The notes under the pieces are model-generated. The model was not told the origin of the DNA. It did not search any database and saw only the letters and a list, made by a program, of their open reading frames with translations. 64,000 nt of DNA from Gemmatimonadota bacterium (GTDB lineage: Bacteria; Gemmatimonadota; Gemmatimonadetes; Palauibacterales; Palauibacteraceae): positions 6,608 through 70,607 of the forward strand of contig JBDHGL010000002.1 of NCBI GenBank assembly GCA_039589875.1, read 5' to 3'. This document shows, one piece after another, positions 8,935 through 18,905 of this stretch. Each line of letters opens with the position of its first letter. Within the stretch, counting starts at the first letter, position 1. The translations under genes were made by a program, and so were the position numbers.

Positions 8935-9858
8935 TTACACGTAAGCCCCTAGCCCGTCGGCGAGCGGAGTGAGCCGGTGCGAGAAGAGTTCCCGAAAGTG
9001 GGTGTTGTCCGCTACCGCCCCCTGGGCCACGAAATCGACCGCGTCGCGAGAGAGCAGCTGACCTGGGAGCAGCTCCGCGAAGGCGGCGCCCGCCTTGACC
9101 AGCGACACCGGAAAATGGATGATCGGGCGCTGCAGACCCGTGACTTCCATTGTGACCCTCAGGATCTCGTCGAGCGTGTACGTGACCGGTCCGCCCAGCT
9201 CGAAGGTTCCGTCCTGCATGGCTTCGCCGAGCGCGAGATTGGCCACGACCGCCGCCAGGTCCTCCACATACAACGGGTTCAGGCGCTGCTGCCCGTCGCC
9301 GATCTGGGGAAAGAACAGCGGGTTGAGGCGCATGATCCGGATGAAGACGTTCAGGCTTCGGTCCTCTTTGCCGTAGACCCAGGAAGGCTGAACGATCGAG
9401 TAGCTCATTCCGGAATCTCGGATCGCCGTCTCCGCCAGACCCTTCGCTCGAAACCAGGCACGATCGGACGAGGGATCTGCGCCCACGCCGGAGAGGTAGA
9501 TAAAGCGTTGAACGCCGGCGTGGCAGGCGGCCTCCACGACGTTGCACGTGCCCCGTCCGTCCACCTCGGAGAACGTGAGACCTCGAGAGGGATCTTCCAC
9601 GGGGAAGCCGGAGAACTGAACGCATTGGATGATCGTATCCACGTGGGCGAAGCTCTTCTCGAGCGTCTCGGGCCGGGTGATGTCTCCCCGGCGGGCCTGG
9701 ACGGAGGTTCCGGCGAAGCGCCGCTCCACCCGGTCCGGGTTCCGGCCGAGCACGGCCACAGACTCTCCTCGTCTCGCCAGCTCGCGGACGAACGCTGCGC
9801 CGAGGAAGCCAGTGCCCCCGGTTACCAGTGTCGTAGGCCGGTCCGCGCTCTCGCTCAT
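8935..9858 (-). CDS. NAD(P)H-binding SDR (NmrA/NDUFA9-like atypical epimerase family)
   Basis: Motif TLVTGGTGFLGAAFVRELARRGESV. There is no classic YxxxK in the canonical position and the length is 307 aa. Confidence 0.7.
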   Translation of the reverse strand: MSESADRPTTLVTGGTGFLGAAFVRELARRGESVAVLGRNPDRVERRFAGTSVQARRGDITRPETLEKSFAHVDTIIQCVQFSGFPVEDPSRGLTFSEVDGRGTCNVVEAACHAGVQRFIYLSGVGADPSSDRAWFRAKGLAETAIRDSGMSYSIVQPSWVYGKEDRSLNVFIRIMRLNPLFFPQIGDGQQRLNPLYVEDLAAVVANLALGEAMQDGTFELGGPVTYTLDEILRVTMEVTGLQRPIIHFPVSLVKAGAAFAELLPGQLLSRDAVDFVAQGAVADNTHFRELFSHRLTPLADGLGAYV

Positions 9859-9892
9859 TCCCTCACCAGTCGCTAACCGCTAGGCTCCACGC

Positions 9893-11806
9893 ATGCCGGA
9901 CTTCCGCGAAGCTCTCGACAGCGGCAAGGTCATCGTCCTCGACGGGGCGATGGGGACTGAGATCTACAGGCGTGGTGTCTTTATCAACCGCTGCTACGAC
10001 GACCTCAGCCGCACCAACACCAATCTAATCCAAGAGATCCACACCGAGTATCGCCAGGCGGGGGCGGAGGTCCTCGAAACCAACACGTTCGGAGCCAACC
10101 GGTTCCGACTGCGGGGCTACGGGCTGGAGTCCGAGGCGGGCGCGATCAACGAGGCCGCCGCGAGGCTGGCCCGCGAGGTCGCCGGCGATGACCTATTCGT
10201 AGGTGGCAGCATCGGGCCGATAGGGGTCCGCCTGGAGCCATACGGGGAGACGTCACGCTCGGAGGCGCGGGAGGCGTTTAGGGAGCAGGCGGCCGCCCTC
10301 TTGGGCGGTGGCGTCGATCTATTCCTGCTCGAGACTTTCAGCGACCTGGAAGAGATCCGGCAGGCGATCGCGGGCTGCAGGGAGGCGACCGATCTACCGG
10401 TGGTGGCCCAGGCGACGATCCAGACCGATGGCCACACGACGTACGGAGACCGGCCGGAGCATGTTGCGGAGGAGCTGGAAGGGATGGGGGTGGACGCGAT
10501 CGGGCTGAACTGCAGCGTAGGCCCGGCGATCATTCTCGGTGCGATTCAGCGGATGGCCGAGGTCACGAACCTACCGCTCGCGGCGACCCCCAACGCGGGC
10601 CTTCCCCGCGAGGTACAGGGGCGGAAGATCTATCTGGCCGATCCGGAATACATGGCCAGCTACGCACGCAAGCTGGTGCAGGCAGGCGTGCGGATCGTCG
10701 GCGGGTGCTGCGGAACCACGCCGGAGCACACGCGGGAGATGGTCAGCCAGCTGCGCGCGGTGTCGCCGCGGACCCCGGTGGTTACCGTCGGCAAGGAGCT
10801 GGTCGGCGTCCCAGGGGCAACCGAGGTTGCCGCCGACGCGGCGGTCGAGCCGTTGCCGCTGGCCGAGCGCTCGGCGTGGGGCCGGAGGCTGGCAGCCGGC
10901 GAGATGGTGACCAGCGTCGAGATTCTCCCGCCCCGGGGCGCGGATGCGACCGGCATGTTGGACGCCTGCCGGTGGCTCAAGGAGGCCGGAGGGCACGCGG
11001 TGAACGTGCCGGACGGAGCCCGCGCGATGATGCGCATGGGGGTAATTGCGGCCTCGTCGCTGATCGAGCGGGAGGTGGGGATCGAGACGGTCGTTCACTA
11101 CTGCTGTCGCGACCGAAACCTGCTGGGCATGATGAGCGACCTGATCGGCGCGGAGGCCCTGGGCCTCAGGAACATGCTCATCATCACGGGGGACCCACCG
11201 AAGATGGGCCCGTATCCGGATGCGACCGCGGTCTTCGATGTCGATTCAGTCGGCCTGACGAACCTCGTCTCCCGCCTGAACCGGGGGCTTGATCTCGGAG
11301 GAAACGCCCTGGGAAGCTCGACTTCATTCGTCGTCGGGGTCGGCGTCAATCCCGGCGCCGTCGACTTCGAGCGTGAGATCGAGCACTGGTACTGGAAGGT
11401 AGAGGCGGGGGCGGAGTTCGGCGTTACGCAGCCCGTCTTCGACGTCGAGACCCTCGTCAGCTTCTTGGATAGAATAGAGAAGGACGGGACGCGGATCCCG
11501 ATCGTCGCGGGAATCTGGCCTCTCGTAAGCCTGCGAAACGCCGAGTTCCTGAACAGCGAGGTGCCCGGGATCGACGTTCCGGAGCGCTATCTGGAGCGCA
11601 TGAAGGCGGCGCAGGAACTGGGAAAGGACGAGGCTCGGGCGGAGGGATGCACGATCGCCCGGGAGATGCTGGCTGAGGTGAAAGAGCTCGTCGAAGGGGT
11701 GCAGGTCAGCGCTCCGTTCGGAAAGGTGCCCTACGCGCTGGATGTTTTCGCGGCGCTCGATGAGTATCCGAGTCTGGAGGAGTTGGGAGAGCGAATGGCC
11801 GGCTAG
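9893..11806 (+). CDS. Bifunctional homocysteine S-methyltransferase domain / methylenetetrahydrofolate reductase (YitJ-like fusion)
   Basis: The N-terminal half has the Hcy-binding (S-methyltransferase) domain: VLDGAMGTE..., ...GLNCSVGP..., ...GGCCGTTPEHT. The C-terminal half resembles MetF (MTHFR): VEILPPRG..., ...HYCCRDRN..., ...ITGDPPK..., ...FGVTQPVFD. Confidence 0.85.
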   Translation: MPDFREALDSGKVIVLDGAMGTEIYRRGVFINRCYDDLSRTNTNLIQEIHTEYRQAGAEVLETNTFGANRFRLRGYGLESEAGAINEAAARLAREVAGDDLFVGGSIGPIGVRLEPYGETSRSEAREAFREQAAALLGGGVDLFLLETFSDLEEIRQAIAGCREATDLPVVAQATIQTDGHTTYGDRPEHVAEELEGMGVDAIGLNCSVGPAIILGAIQRMAEVTNLPLAATPNAGLPREVQGRKIYLADPEYMASYARKLVQAGVRIVGGCCGTTPEHTREMVSQLRAVSPRTPVVTVGKELVGVPGATEVAADAAVEPLPLAERSAWGRRLAAGEMVTSVEILPPRGADATGMLDACRWLKEAGGHAVNVPDGARAMMRMGVIAASSLIEREVGIETVVHYCCRDRNLLGMMSDLIGAEALGLRNMLIITGDPPKMGPYPDATAVFDVDSVGLTNLVSRLNRGLDLGGNALGSSTSFVVGVGVNPGAVDFEREIEHWYWKVEAGAEFGVTQPVFDVETLVSFLDRIEKDGTRIPIVAGIWPLVSLRNAEFLNSEVPGIDVPERYLERMKAAQELGKDEARAEGCTIAREMLAEVKELVEGVQVSAPFGKVPYALDVFAALDEYPSLEELGERMAG

Positions 11807-11860
11807 TGCGCCGCCGCCAAACACGACAATTCAGGACACCGAGAATACACGGAAGAAGAG

Positions 11861-13876
11861 ATGCTCACCAAGCTGCTTGAACGCGACATAGCCAAGCTGC
11901 CGGACACGGTCCGGCTACAGGGCCGGATTCTGTTCCTGACGGAGGATCCCGACCTCATCCGCCGTCAACTCGAGGGGGAGGATCTGGATTGGGATCCGTC
12001 GATCCCTCTCAGAGATGACATCTCGACCGACGAGATCACGCCCGGCTGGGTCTGCTACTACTACGACGAGAAGCTCGGCGAGTACCCCTACGTCGGACTG
12101 CGCTGTCAGGGTGAGCAGCCGATCGGCCGAAACGACGTGAAGAACGGCGGCTTCGTCTGTTCCGTGTCCGGAAAGCGTCGCGGAAAGGGATCGAGCCGCG
12201 AGGCAGCGCCGTTCGCCGAGCAGGCGGCGGGGATCCGCATCGTCATCGCGGAGAACATCGAACGCATCTATCGCGAGAACTGCCAGAACCGCGGAATCCT
12301 GGCGTCGACCGACTTCTCGCTGATCGACAAGATCCGGGCGGGCGAGGAGATGGCGCTCGAGACGTTCATCGCGGACGCCGGGCAGATCGAGCGGGACATC
12401 GTCGAGTACGGGGGGCTGCTCGATTACGCCGTCGCGCGCCTAAAGGGGCTGGTCCAGGTCCCCGAGATCCGCACGCCGCCGGGACCGATGACCCTGGCCG
12501 AGAAGATCCTGGCGCGCCACTGGGTGACGGATCTGGCGGCCGATGAGATCGGCGTGGACGCTGTGAAGCCCGGCGACACGGGCTTCGTTCGGACCGATCT
12601 ACGGTTCAGCCACGAGTACGTGACGCCAATGGCATCCACCTTCTGGGAGGATTTCGCCGGCGAGGATGCCGACGTGAACGAGAGGGAGAGCGTGCTGTTC
12701 TTTCGCGACCACCTCGCCTTCCTCGACCAGGTGATGACCGAAGAGAGAATCCAGAAGGGCCTGCTGGACGCGGCGCACGCGCTGCACGACCGGCAGCGCG
12801 AGTTCGCCGAGCGTCAGGGGATCCGCCTGCACGGGGAGCTTCCGGATCGCGTAGGGAGCGAGGCGATCTGTCACGTCATGGTCCAGGACCGTTACGCCTT
12901 GCCGGGAACAGTCATCGTAGGCAGCGATTCACATACGCCGCACTCCGGCTGCGTCGGCGCCGTCGCGTTCGGGGTGGGAACGTCGGCGATCGTGAACTCC
13001 TGGGCTACGCGGGACGTGCGGCTTCAGGTGCCGCCGAGCGTTCGTATCCGCATCTCCGGCGAGCTCTCCGAGAACGTGACCGCCAAGGACCTGATGATCG
13101 AGATCCTCAGGCATCCGTACGTGAAGGGCGGAGACGCGATCGGGAAGATCATCGAGTACTGCGGCGAGACGGTGGAGGCGCTGAGCATCGATGAACGAGC
13201 GACGCTCACGAACATGGCGGCCGAGGTGGGCGCGTTCACCGGGATCGTGGCGCCGGACGGGCGCACGGTGGACTGGCTGGTCGAGCGCCGCGGCATGTCG
13301 CCGGACGAGGCGGAGGGTCTCCTCGCGGGCGCGGACAGCGATGAGGGCGCGCAGTACGAGTGGACGCTCGACATCGACGCCTCTGCTCTGCGTCCCATGG
13401 TGGCTCAGCCGGGCGATCCGGGAAACGGGGTCTTTCTGGACGAGATCGAAGCTAGCGTGCCGATCGACATCGTGTTCGCCGGCTCCTGCACCGGAGGGAA
13501 GCGGGAGGACTTCGACATGTACGCCGAGGTGGCCCGTGAGGCCGTTCAGGGCGGCATCACGGTGCCGGACACGGTCGCGGCGTACATCCAGTACGGCTCG
13601 ATCGACGTCGAGGAGTACGCCCGGGGCCGCGGCTACGAAGAACTGTTTCGGGAGGCCGGCTTTACGGTCCTGGCTCCGGGCTGCGGTGCCTGCATCAACG
13701 CCGGCCCCGGGGTGAGCACGTCCGCCGACCAGGTCACCGTCAGCTCGATCAACCGGAACTTCCCGGGCCGGAGCGGTCCGGGGAGGGTCTATCTGGCGAG
13801 CCCGTACACGGTCATGGCATCGGCCTTGGCCGGCCGGCTCGCCGCATACGATCCGAAGGTGGCCGTCCCCGCTTGA
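11861..13876 (+). CDS. Aconitase-family hydro-lyase with swivel (LeuD-like) domain N-terminal to the catalytic domain (AcnB-type order, no HEAT domain)
   Basis: The N-terminal section (DDISTDEITPG, ...GSSREAAPFAEQAAGIRIVIAENIERIYRENCQNRGIL) resembles the LeuD/aconitase swivel domain. The C-terminal section has the aconitase catalytic motifs GSDSHTP and ...GSCTGG, and the Fe-S Cys ligands in ...PGCGACI... Confidence 0.75.
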   Translation: MLTKLLERDIAKLPDTVRLQGRILFLTEDPDLIRRQLEGEDLDWDPSIPLRDDISTDEITPGWVCYYYDEKLGEYPYVGLRCQGEQPIGRNDVKNGGFVCSVSGKRRGKGSSREAAPFAEQAAGIRIVIAENIERIYRENCQNRGILASTDFSLIDKIRAGEEMALETFIADAGQIERDIVEYGGLLDYAVARLKGLVQVPEIRTPPGPMTLAEKILARHWVTDLAADEIGVDAVKPGDTGFVRTDLRFSHEYVTPMASTFWEDFAGEDADVNERESVLFFRDHLAFLDQVMTEERIQKGLLDAAHALHDRQREFAERQGIRLHGELPDRVGSEAICHVMVQDRYALPGTVIVGSDSHTPHSGCVGAVAFGVGTSAIVNSWATRDVRLQVPPSVRIRISGELSENVTAKDLMIEILRHPYVKGGDAIGKIIEYCGETVEALSIDERATLTNMAAEVGAFTGIVAPDGRTVDWLVERRGMSPDEAEGLLAGADSDEGAQYEWTLDIDASALRPMVAQPGDPGNGVFLDEIEASVPIDIVFAGSCTGGKREDFDMYAEVAREAVQGGITVPDTVAAYIQYGSIDVEEYARGRGYEELFREAGFTVLAPGCGACINAGPGVSTSADQVTVSSINRNFPGRSGPGRVYLASPYTVMASALAGRLAAYDPKVAVPA

Positions 13877-14856
13877 AGGGACTCTGGCTGAACGAAGGGC
13901 GGCTGCGCTTCCGCGACGATTTGCCCGTCCCGGAACCGGCCCCGGCCGAAGCGCTCGTGCGGGTCCTCCAGGCGGGCATCTGCAACACCGACCTCGAAAT
14001 CCTCGGCGGCTACCGGCCCCACTCCGGCATCCTCGGACACGAGTTCGTCGGTGTCGTCGAGCGATCTGGCTCCGGAGTCTCGGATTCCACGAAAGCCGAG
14101 TTGTCGGGGCGACGAGTTGTCGGGGAGATCAACGTCGCCTGCGGGACGTGCGCCTCCTGCAAAGCAGGGCGCCGTATCCACTGCGAAGAGCGCTCGGTCC
14201 TCGGCATCATGGGCCGAGATGGGTCGTTCGCCGAGCACCTCTGCCTTCCGATCTCGAATCTACACCTCGTTCCGGACGGCGTGTCGTCCGCTGCGGCGGT
14301 GTTCACGGAACCACTCGCGGCCGCTCTGGCGATCCAGAGCCGGGTGGCGATCGATGAGGGGGATCGGGTGCTAATCGTCGGCGCCGGCAAGCTCGGTCTG
14401 CTGATCGCTCAGACGTTGGCCCTCACAGGGTGCAATCCGAGGGTCGTCACGACCGGCAGGGGAGCGGCCGGGAAGCTGCTGGACGGCTGGGGGATCGAAT
14501 CGCGGTCCGTCGAAGAGGTAGAGGCCGGCGCATACGACCTGGCAGTGGAGTGCACGGGCAACCCCGCCGGATTCGCGCTCGCCCGGTCGGCGCTACGCCC
14601 TCGCGGGGCCTTGGTGCTGAAGAGCACCTATGCTGGTCATCCCTCGATCGATGCGACTTCCCTGGTCGTCGACGAGATCACGGTGATCGGATCCCGCTGC
14701 GGGCCGTTCGAGCCAGCGCTCTCGTTGCTGGAGGGAGGTCAGGTGGACGTAGAAGCCCTCGTGCAGGCGACGTATCCGCTCGAGCGCGGCGAGGAGGCAC
14801 TCGAGCATGCGGCCCGGCCGGGCGTCCTGAAGGTGTTGCTGGAGATAGGCGAGTAG
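13873..14856 (+). CDS. Zinc-dependent alcohol dehydrogenase (MDR family)
   Basis: Motifs: GICNTDLEI...GHEFVGVV...CGTCASCKAG (structural Zn site) and GAGKLGLL (Rossmann). Its ATG overlaps the upstream stop as ATGA. Confidence 0.85.
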   Translation: MKGLWLNEGRLRFRDDLPVPEPAPAEALVRVLQAGICNTDLEILGGYRPHSGILGHEFVGVVERSGSGVSDSTKAELSGRRVVGEINVACGTCASCKAGRRIHCEERSVLGIMGRDGSFAEHLCLPISNLHLVPDGVSSAAAVFTEPLAAALAIQSRVAIDEGDRVLIVGAGKLGLLIAQTLALTGCNPRVVTTGRGAAGKLLDGWGIESRSVEEVEAGAYDLAVECTGNPAGFALARSALRPRGALVLKSTYAGHPSIDATSLVVDEITVIGSRCGPFEPALSLLEGGQVDVEALVQATYPLERGEEALEHAARPGVLKVLLEIGE

Positions 14857-16503
14857 TCAGGTCGCCGACTCCAGCGTCTCCAGCGCGCGGCGCGTAGCCC
14901 AGCGGCGCAGCGCCGGCTTCCAGGCGAAGCCGAAAACGCCGGCCAGGAAGCCCGCGTCGAGCTCGCCGACCGCTCGATCCACCACCGACTCGACGAGCTC
15001 CTCGAGACGTCCACGCTGCGCCGAGCTGAGCGCCGCCATGGATGCGTCCAGCTCCGGAACCGCATAGGCGGCGTCCGGATCCGGCTCGTAGCTGATCACG
15101 TCGTGCAGCCCGCTCTCGATGAGATCCCGTGCGTCTCGTCGACCGGCCCGAAAGTCCGCCTCTCGCCATTCCCGCCGGAAGATGCCGCCGAAGTTGCCAA
15201 GAAAATCTCCGGCCAGACGATCGGGTGGAGCTACCAGATAGAGCGGGAGCGGCTCCTTGTCGTCGAGGCCGCCGGCCGCCTCGATCAGGAAGATGAGCTT
15301 GGAGAGCCGGCTGCGGGCCGCCCGCGTGCCGACTTGCGAGAGGACGTCCGGATACCGTCGTTCGATCCGGTCGAGGCTCTCCTCGAGGAGCTCGAGAACC
15401 GGATCAGCGCCTCCGGCCTCGGTCGCGCGACCGGCGGAGCCACGCCCGCCGCAGGCCAAGCGCCGCTCACAAACGCCCTCGGCCAGCTCGCCCACCGTCC
15501 GGCCCAGCTCGAAGGCGTCCGGGTCGGTGAGGGAGTCTGCGATCTCGGGAAGCCATTCTACGATCGAGTCCAGGATCACCAGGCGCTCGTTCGTTCGGTT
15601 CGCCCGGATCCAATCCTTGGAGCTTCCCTGTCCTAGGAAGGCGCGGCTCAGCAAGCCCGCGACGTCGACGGCCGACCGCGGACCGGCCTCCGGGATCGCC
15701 GACGGCTCGCCCACCGGGCCGGCTTGGAGGGAGGGGTCGACGAAGATGAATCGCCAGTCGTCGTCCTCCTGGCCGGACCTCACCACGAGCCGCTTCGCCA
15801 GACGCACCGGCTCGTTGTTGAAGAGCCCGCCGTCCGTGTACCACATGCCGATGTCGCCGAGCTCGGCGAGCACGGAGCCGGCGTAATCGCTTCCTCGTCG
15901 GTCGAGTCGCCGAGGCGGGAAGGCGAATGGAAAGCTGGCAGAAGCCACTGCTGCCCGACGGATCTCATCCCACACGGCTGCGCCGGCCGCATCATCTCGA
16001 TCGAGCTCGAAGCTGATCCAATCATCGAACATCCGCGTGCCGAACGACTGTTCGCTCCGGTTGAGGTAGCCCTGCAAGAGCTCGTATTCGACGCCGTGCA
16101 GGTTCGACAGCGTCAGTCCCAGCCCGAGCGTATCGGCCAGAAGGGGCGACGGTTCGTCATCGGCCGCCGGATCGGCGGTGACGAGGGCTCGACTGATCTC
16201 GTCCAGCACGTCGGCGTCCAGGAGCGAGGTGCGGGTTGCGCGGCTCGAGCGCAGGAGCAGCGAGGCATCCATGCCCTCGATCCATGCCTTGCCGATCCAT
16301 GGAAGGAGGTTGGGATTAACGACGAGCGCACGGGCGGCCACGGCGGCGGTGAGCGCTCCGGCGGACGCTCCGGCCAGCACGCCGACCTGCACGGGTTCCC
16401 GGTTGCGATTTCGGCCGAGTGCGGCCAACAGCTCGGTAACGGCGCCGGCCGTATAGGTGCCGAGAGAGGCTCCGCCGCTGAGGATCAGTCCGATCTTCAT
16501 CAT
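14857..16503 (-). CDS. Patatin-like phospholipase family protein
   Basis: Begins MMKIGLILSGGASLGTYTAGAVTELL at the internal ATG pair (16503..16498). The active-site G-x-S-x-G is GASAG. The upstream 140 aa of the ORF-track ORF are Arg-rich and overlap the M23 gene, so they were rejected. Confidence 0.8.
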   Translation of the reverse strand: MMKIGLILSGGASLGTYTAGAVTELLAALGRNRNREPVQVGVLAGASAGALTAAVAARALVVNPNLLPWIGKAWIEGMDASLLLRSSRATRTSLLDADVLDEISRALVTADPAADDEPSPLLADTLGLGLTLSNLHGVEYELLQGYLNRSEQSFGTRMFDDWISFELDRDDAAGAAVWDEIRRAAVASASFPFAFPPRRLDRRGSDYAGSVLAELGDIGMWYTDGGLFNNEPVRLAKRLVVRSGQEDDDWRFIFVDPSLQAGPVGEPSAIPEAGPRSAVDVAGLLSRAFLGQGSSKDWIRANRTNERLVILDSIVEWLPEIADSLTDPDAFELGRTVGELAEGVCERRLACGGRGSAGRATEAGGADPVLELLEESLDRIERRYPDVLSQVGTRAARSRLSKLIFLIEAAGGLDDKEPLPLYLVAPPDRLAGDFLGNFGGIFRREWREADFRAGRRDARDLIESGLHDVISYEPDPDAAYAVPELDASMAALSSAQRGRLEELVESVVDRAVGELDAGFLAGVFGFAWKPALRRWATRRALETLESAT

Positions 16504-17435
16504 GGCCTCGGCGTCTCCGGAACCCTGAGGTCCAGCAGGCTGCGCGCGTCGAGTCTCTCCGCGTCGACGAAGAAGCTCCAGTGGAGGTGCGGGCCGGTGA
16601 CTCGACCGGTGGCGCCCACTTGACCGATTACCTGTCCCCTCTCGACGACGTCGCCCTCGCTCACATCGATTCGCGATAGGTGGTAGTATCCACTGAACAC
16701 CCCGAGGCCGTGATCCACGTAAATGGCGTTGCCCGCGTAATAGAGGTTGCGGGCGATCGCGATCCGGCCGCGTCCGGCCACGTGGACCTCGGCTCCGACA
16801 TCTCCCGCCAGGTCCACGCCCCAGTGACGGCTCTGCAGTTCGCCGTTGAAGACCCTCTTCTGACCGAACGGGCTCGTGATGCGCGTATTGCGAGGTCGAA
16901 CGAAGTTCCCATCGATCAGCCAATCGGGAGTCACCTGGCGCAGAGTAGAGCGGACCAGCTCGCGCTCCCGGTCGATCCGCTCCATCACATCCGCCGGTGG
17001 GTTAGTGAACTGAGGAGCCACGCTCAACTCGGTCTCTCCATATACGTGGGGCCTCACCTGAAGCGTCCAGTGCTGTTCCACGGGCGGCTCGCCCGGCCGG
17101 CTCGTAGTGACGCTCAACTCGGTCGGACCCGATTCGTCGCTTGGAAGCGGTGCCAGGCCGAACCAAGCTCCGGCCAGTCGACCGAAACGCACCGGGCGGC
17201 CACCGAGCTCCGCCGCCACCGCCACGCTCCCGCCATCCTCCGGCAGCTCGACGGTGATCGCCAGTGCCGAGCCATCGGTGGGGCTAGCGGGTTCCCAGCG
17301 GACCGCGGCCGGCGCATGCAGCGGGGCGGCGTCCTCCTGGAACGAGCCCGGTACCGCGCCTGCCGGGGCGGCGACGAACAACGCCGCGAACAACACGATC
17401 GAGTCCTTATGAAACCGGCCGGCCCTGCCCATCAT
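16500..17435 (-). CDS. M23 family metallopeptidase (LytM domain), secreted
   Basis: Signal peptide MMGRAGRFHKDSIVLFAALFVAAPAGA. LytM motifs HWGVDLAG...and...GPHLHWSF. Its stop overlaps the patatin start and its start overlaps the upstream gene's stop. Confidence 0.8.
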   Translation of the reverse strand: MMGRAGRFHKDSIVLFAALFVAAPAGAVPGSFQEDAAPLHAPAAVRWEPASPTDGSALAITVELPEDGGSVAVAAELGGRPVRFGRLAGAWFGLAPLPSDESGPTELSVTTSRPGEPPVEQHWTLQVRPHVYGETELSVAPQFTNPPADVMERIDRERELVRSTLRQVTPDWLIDGNFVRPRNTRITSPFGQKRVFNGELQSRHWGVDLAGDVGAEVHVAGRGRIAIARNLYYAGNAIYVDHGLGVFSGYYHLSRIDVSEGDVVERGQVIGQVGATGRVTGPHLHWSFFVDAERLDARSLLDLRVPETPRP

Positions 17436-18898
17436 GAGCGCAGCCCGCGGGTGAACCGGAAATACCGGTCCAACCACTTCTTCGAGTTCTCGGTCAGCTT
17501 GGCTCGGTAGTACATATCCGCAGTACGTCGAATCCCCTCGCTCATGGTCGGATACGGGTGGATAAGGCCCGACAGGTCCGAGACCCGGAGCCCGTGCCGC
17601 ATGGCCAACGCCACCTCCACGATCATCGTCCCGGCGGAGGGCGCCAGCACGTGCCCTCCGAGCAATCGTCCCCGCGTGTCCGTGATCAACTTGACGAGTC
17701 CTCCCGATTCCCGGTCCGTGATCACCCGATCCAAACCGGCGGTATCGTAACGATACACCTGTACGTTCCTGTGGCGAACCCGCGCCTCCTCCTCCGTCAG
17801 ACCCACCCGAGCGAGCGGTGGGTCCGTGAAGATGGTCCAGGGGACGACCGAGTAGTCGACCCGCGCACCAAACGGAAAGAGGGCGTTGCGCAGCACCGAG
17901 CGAGCCTCGTGGTCGGCTACGTGAGTGAATCGGAGGCCGCCCGTCACATCTCCGGCCGCGAAGATATGACGCCGGGTCGTACGGAGCCTACTGTCGACAC
18001 GAATGCCATCTCGATCCGTATCGACGCCGCCGGCTTCCAGATCGAGTTCGGAGACGTTCGGACTTCTTCCGGCCGCGACGAAGATGCGCTCGGCGCTTAC
18101 ACGAAGGCTGTCTCCTCGCGGCCTTTCCACCGGAGCTACGAGCAACGAGGCTTGTCCATCGTGCCGCTCGGCACCAGTGGCGCTGTGCCCCGTTAGGATC
18201 GTGATGCCCTCGCCGCGAAGTCGATCCTCGAGCCCGGCCACGAGCTCGCTGTCCTCTTGCGGCAGGATACGCGGAGCCATCTCGACGAGCGTGACATCTA
18301 CGCCGAGCCGCCGGTAGGCCTGCGCGAACTCGATCCCGATCGGTCCTCCGCCCAGGATGATCACCGAGGCAGGTAGGGCGGTATCCTCGAAGGCCGATTC
18401 GTGGGTGTAGTAGCCGGTCTCTTCGAGGCCCGCGATCGGCGGAATCGCCGGTCGACTCCCGGTCGCGATCAGGAATCGTCGGCCCCGCAGAACTCGATCT
18501 CCGGCCTCGACCCGGTCGGGCGCGAGAAACCGAGCGGGCGTGCCTTCGAGCACGTCGACGCCTAGTCCCCGGAAACGGTCCGGATCATCGTGAGGCTGGA
18601 CCCGGGCTCGCGCTTCCCTGACGCTCTCGAGCACAGCCGAGTGCCGCGTGGAATCGAGCTGCCGGTCTTCGATGCCGAACTCGGAGGCCCGCCTCATGAG
18701 GTCGGCAAGCCGCGCGGAGCCAATGAGTGCCTTGCTGGGCACACACCCCGTCCAGAGGCATTCGCCACCGAGACGGTGGCGCTCGACCAACGCGGTCCGA
18801 GCACCGAGGCTGGCCGCGCCGGCCGACGCGACCAGACCCGCCGTCCCGCCACCGATCACCACGAGGTCGTACTTCTCGTTCGTAACGGCAGCGCTCAC
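17432..18898 (-). CDS. Class I pyridine nucleotide-disulfide oxidoreductase (dihydrolipoyl dehydrogenase / mercuric reductase-like flavoprotein)
   Basis: GTG start. Motifs: DLVVIGGGTAG, the redox-active disulfide GGECLWTGCVPSK, a second Rossmann region IILGGGPIGIEFAQ, and the dimerisation/His-Pro region ...HPYPTMSE. It has a roughly 35-aa C-terminal extension. Confidence 0.8.
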   Translation of the reverse strand: MSAAVTNEKYDLVVIGGGTAGLVASAGAASLGARTALVERHRLGGECLWTGCVPSKALIGSARLADLMRRASEFGIEDRQLDSTRHSAVLESVREARARVQPHDDPDRFRGLGVDVLEGTPARFLAPDRVEAGDRVLRGRRFLIATGSRPAIPPIAGLEETGYYTHESAFEDTALPASVIILGGGPIGIEFAQAYRRLGVDVTLVEMAPRILPQEDSELVAGLEDRLRGEGITILTGHSATGAERHDGQASLLVAPVERPRGDSLRVSAERIFVAAGRSPNVSELDLEAGGVDTDRDGIRVDSRLRTTRRHIFAAGDVTGGLRFTHVADHEARSVLRNALFPFGARVDYSVVPWTIFTDPPLARVGLTEEEARVRHRNVQVYRYDTAGLDRVITDRESGGLVKLITDTRGRLLGGHVLAPSAGTMIVEVALAMRHGLRVSDLSGLIHPYPTMSEGIRRTADMYYRAKLTENSKKWLDRYFRFTRGLRS

Positions 18899-18905
18899 GG
18901 CAGCC

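Noticed and set aside
8977-9876. 299-aa plus-strand ORF
   Set aside because: It is antisense to the SDR gene at 8935..9858.
15724-16623. 299-aa plus-strand ORF
   Set aside because: It is antisense to the patatin gene and Gly/Arg-rich.
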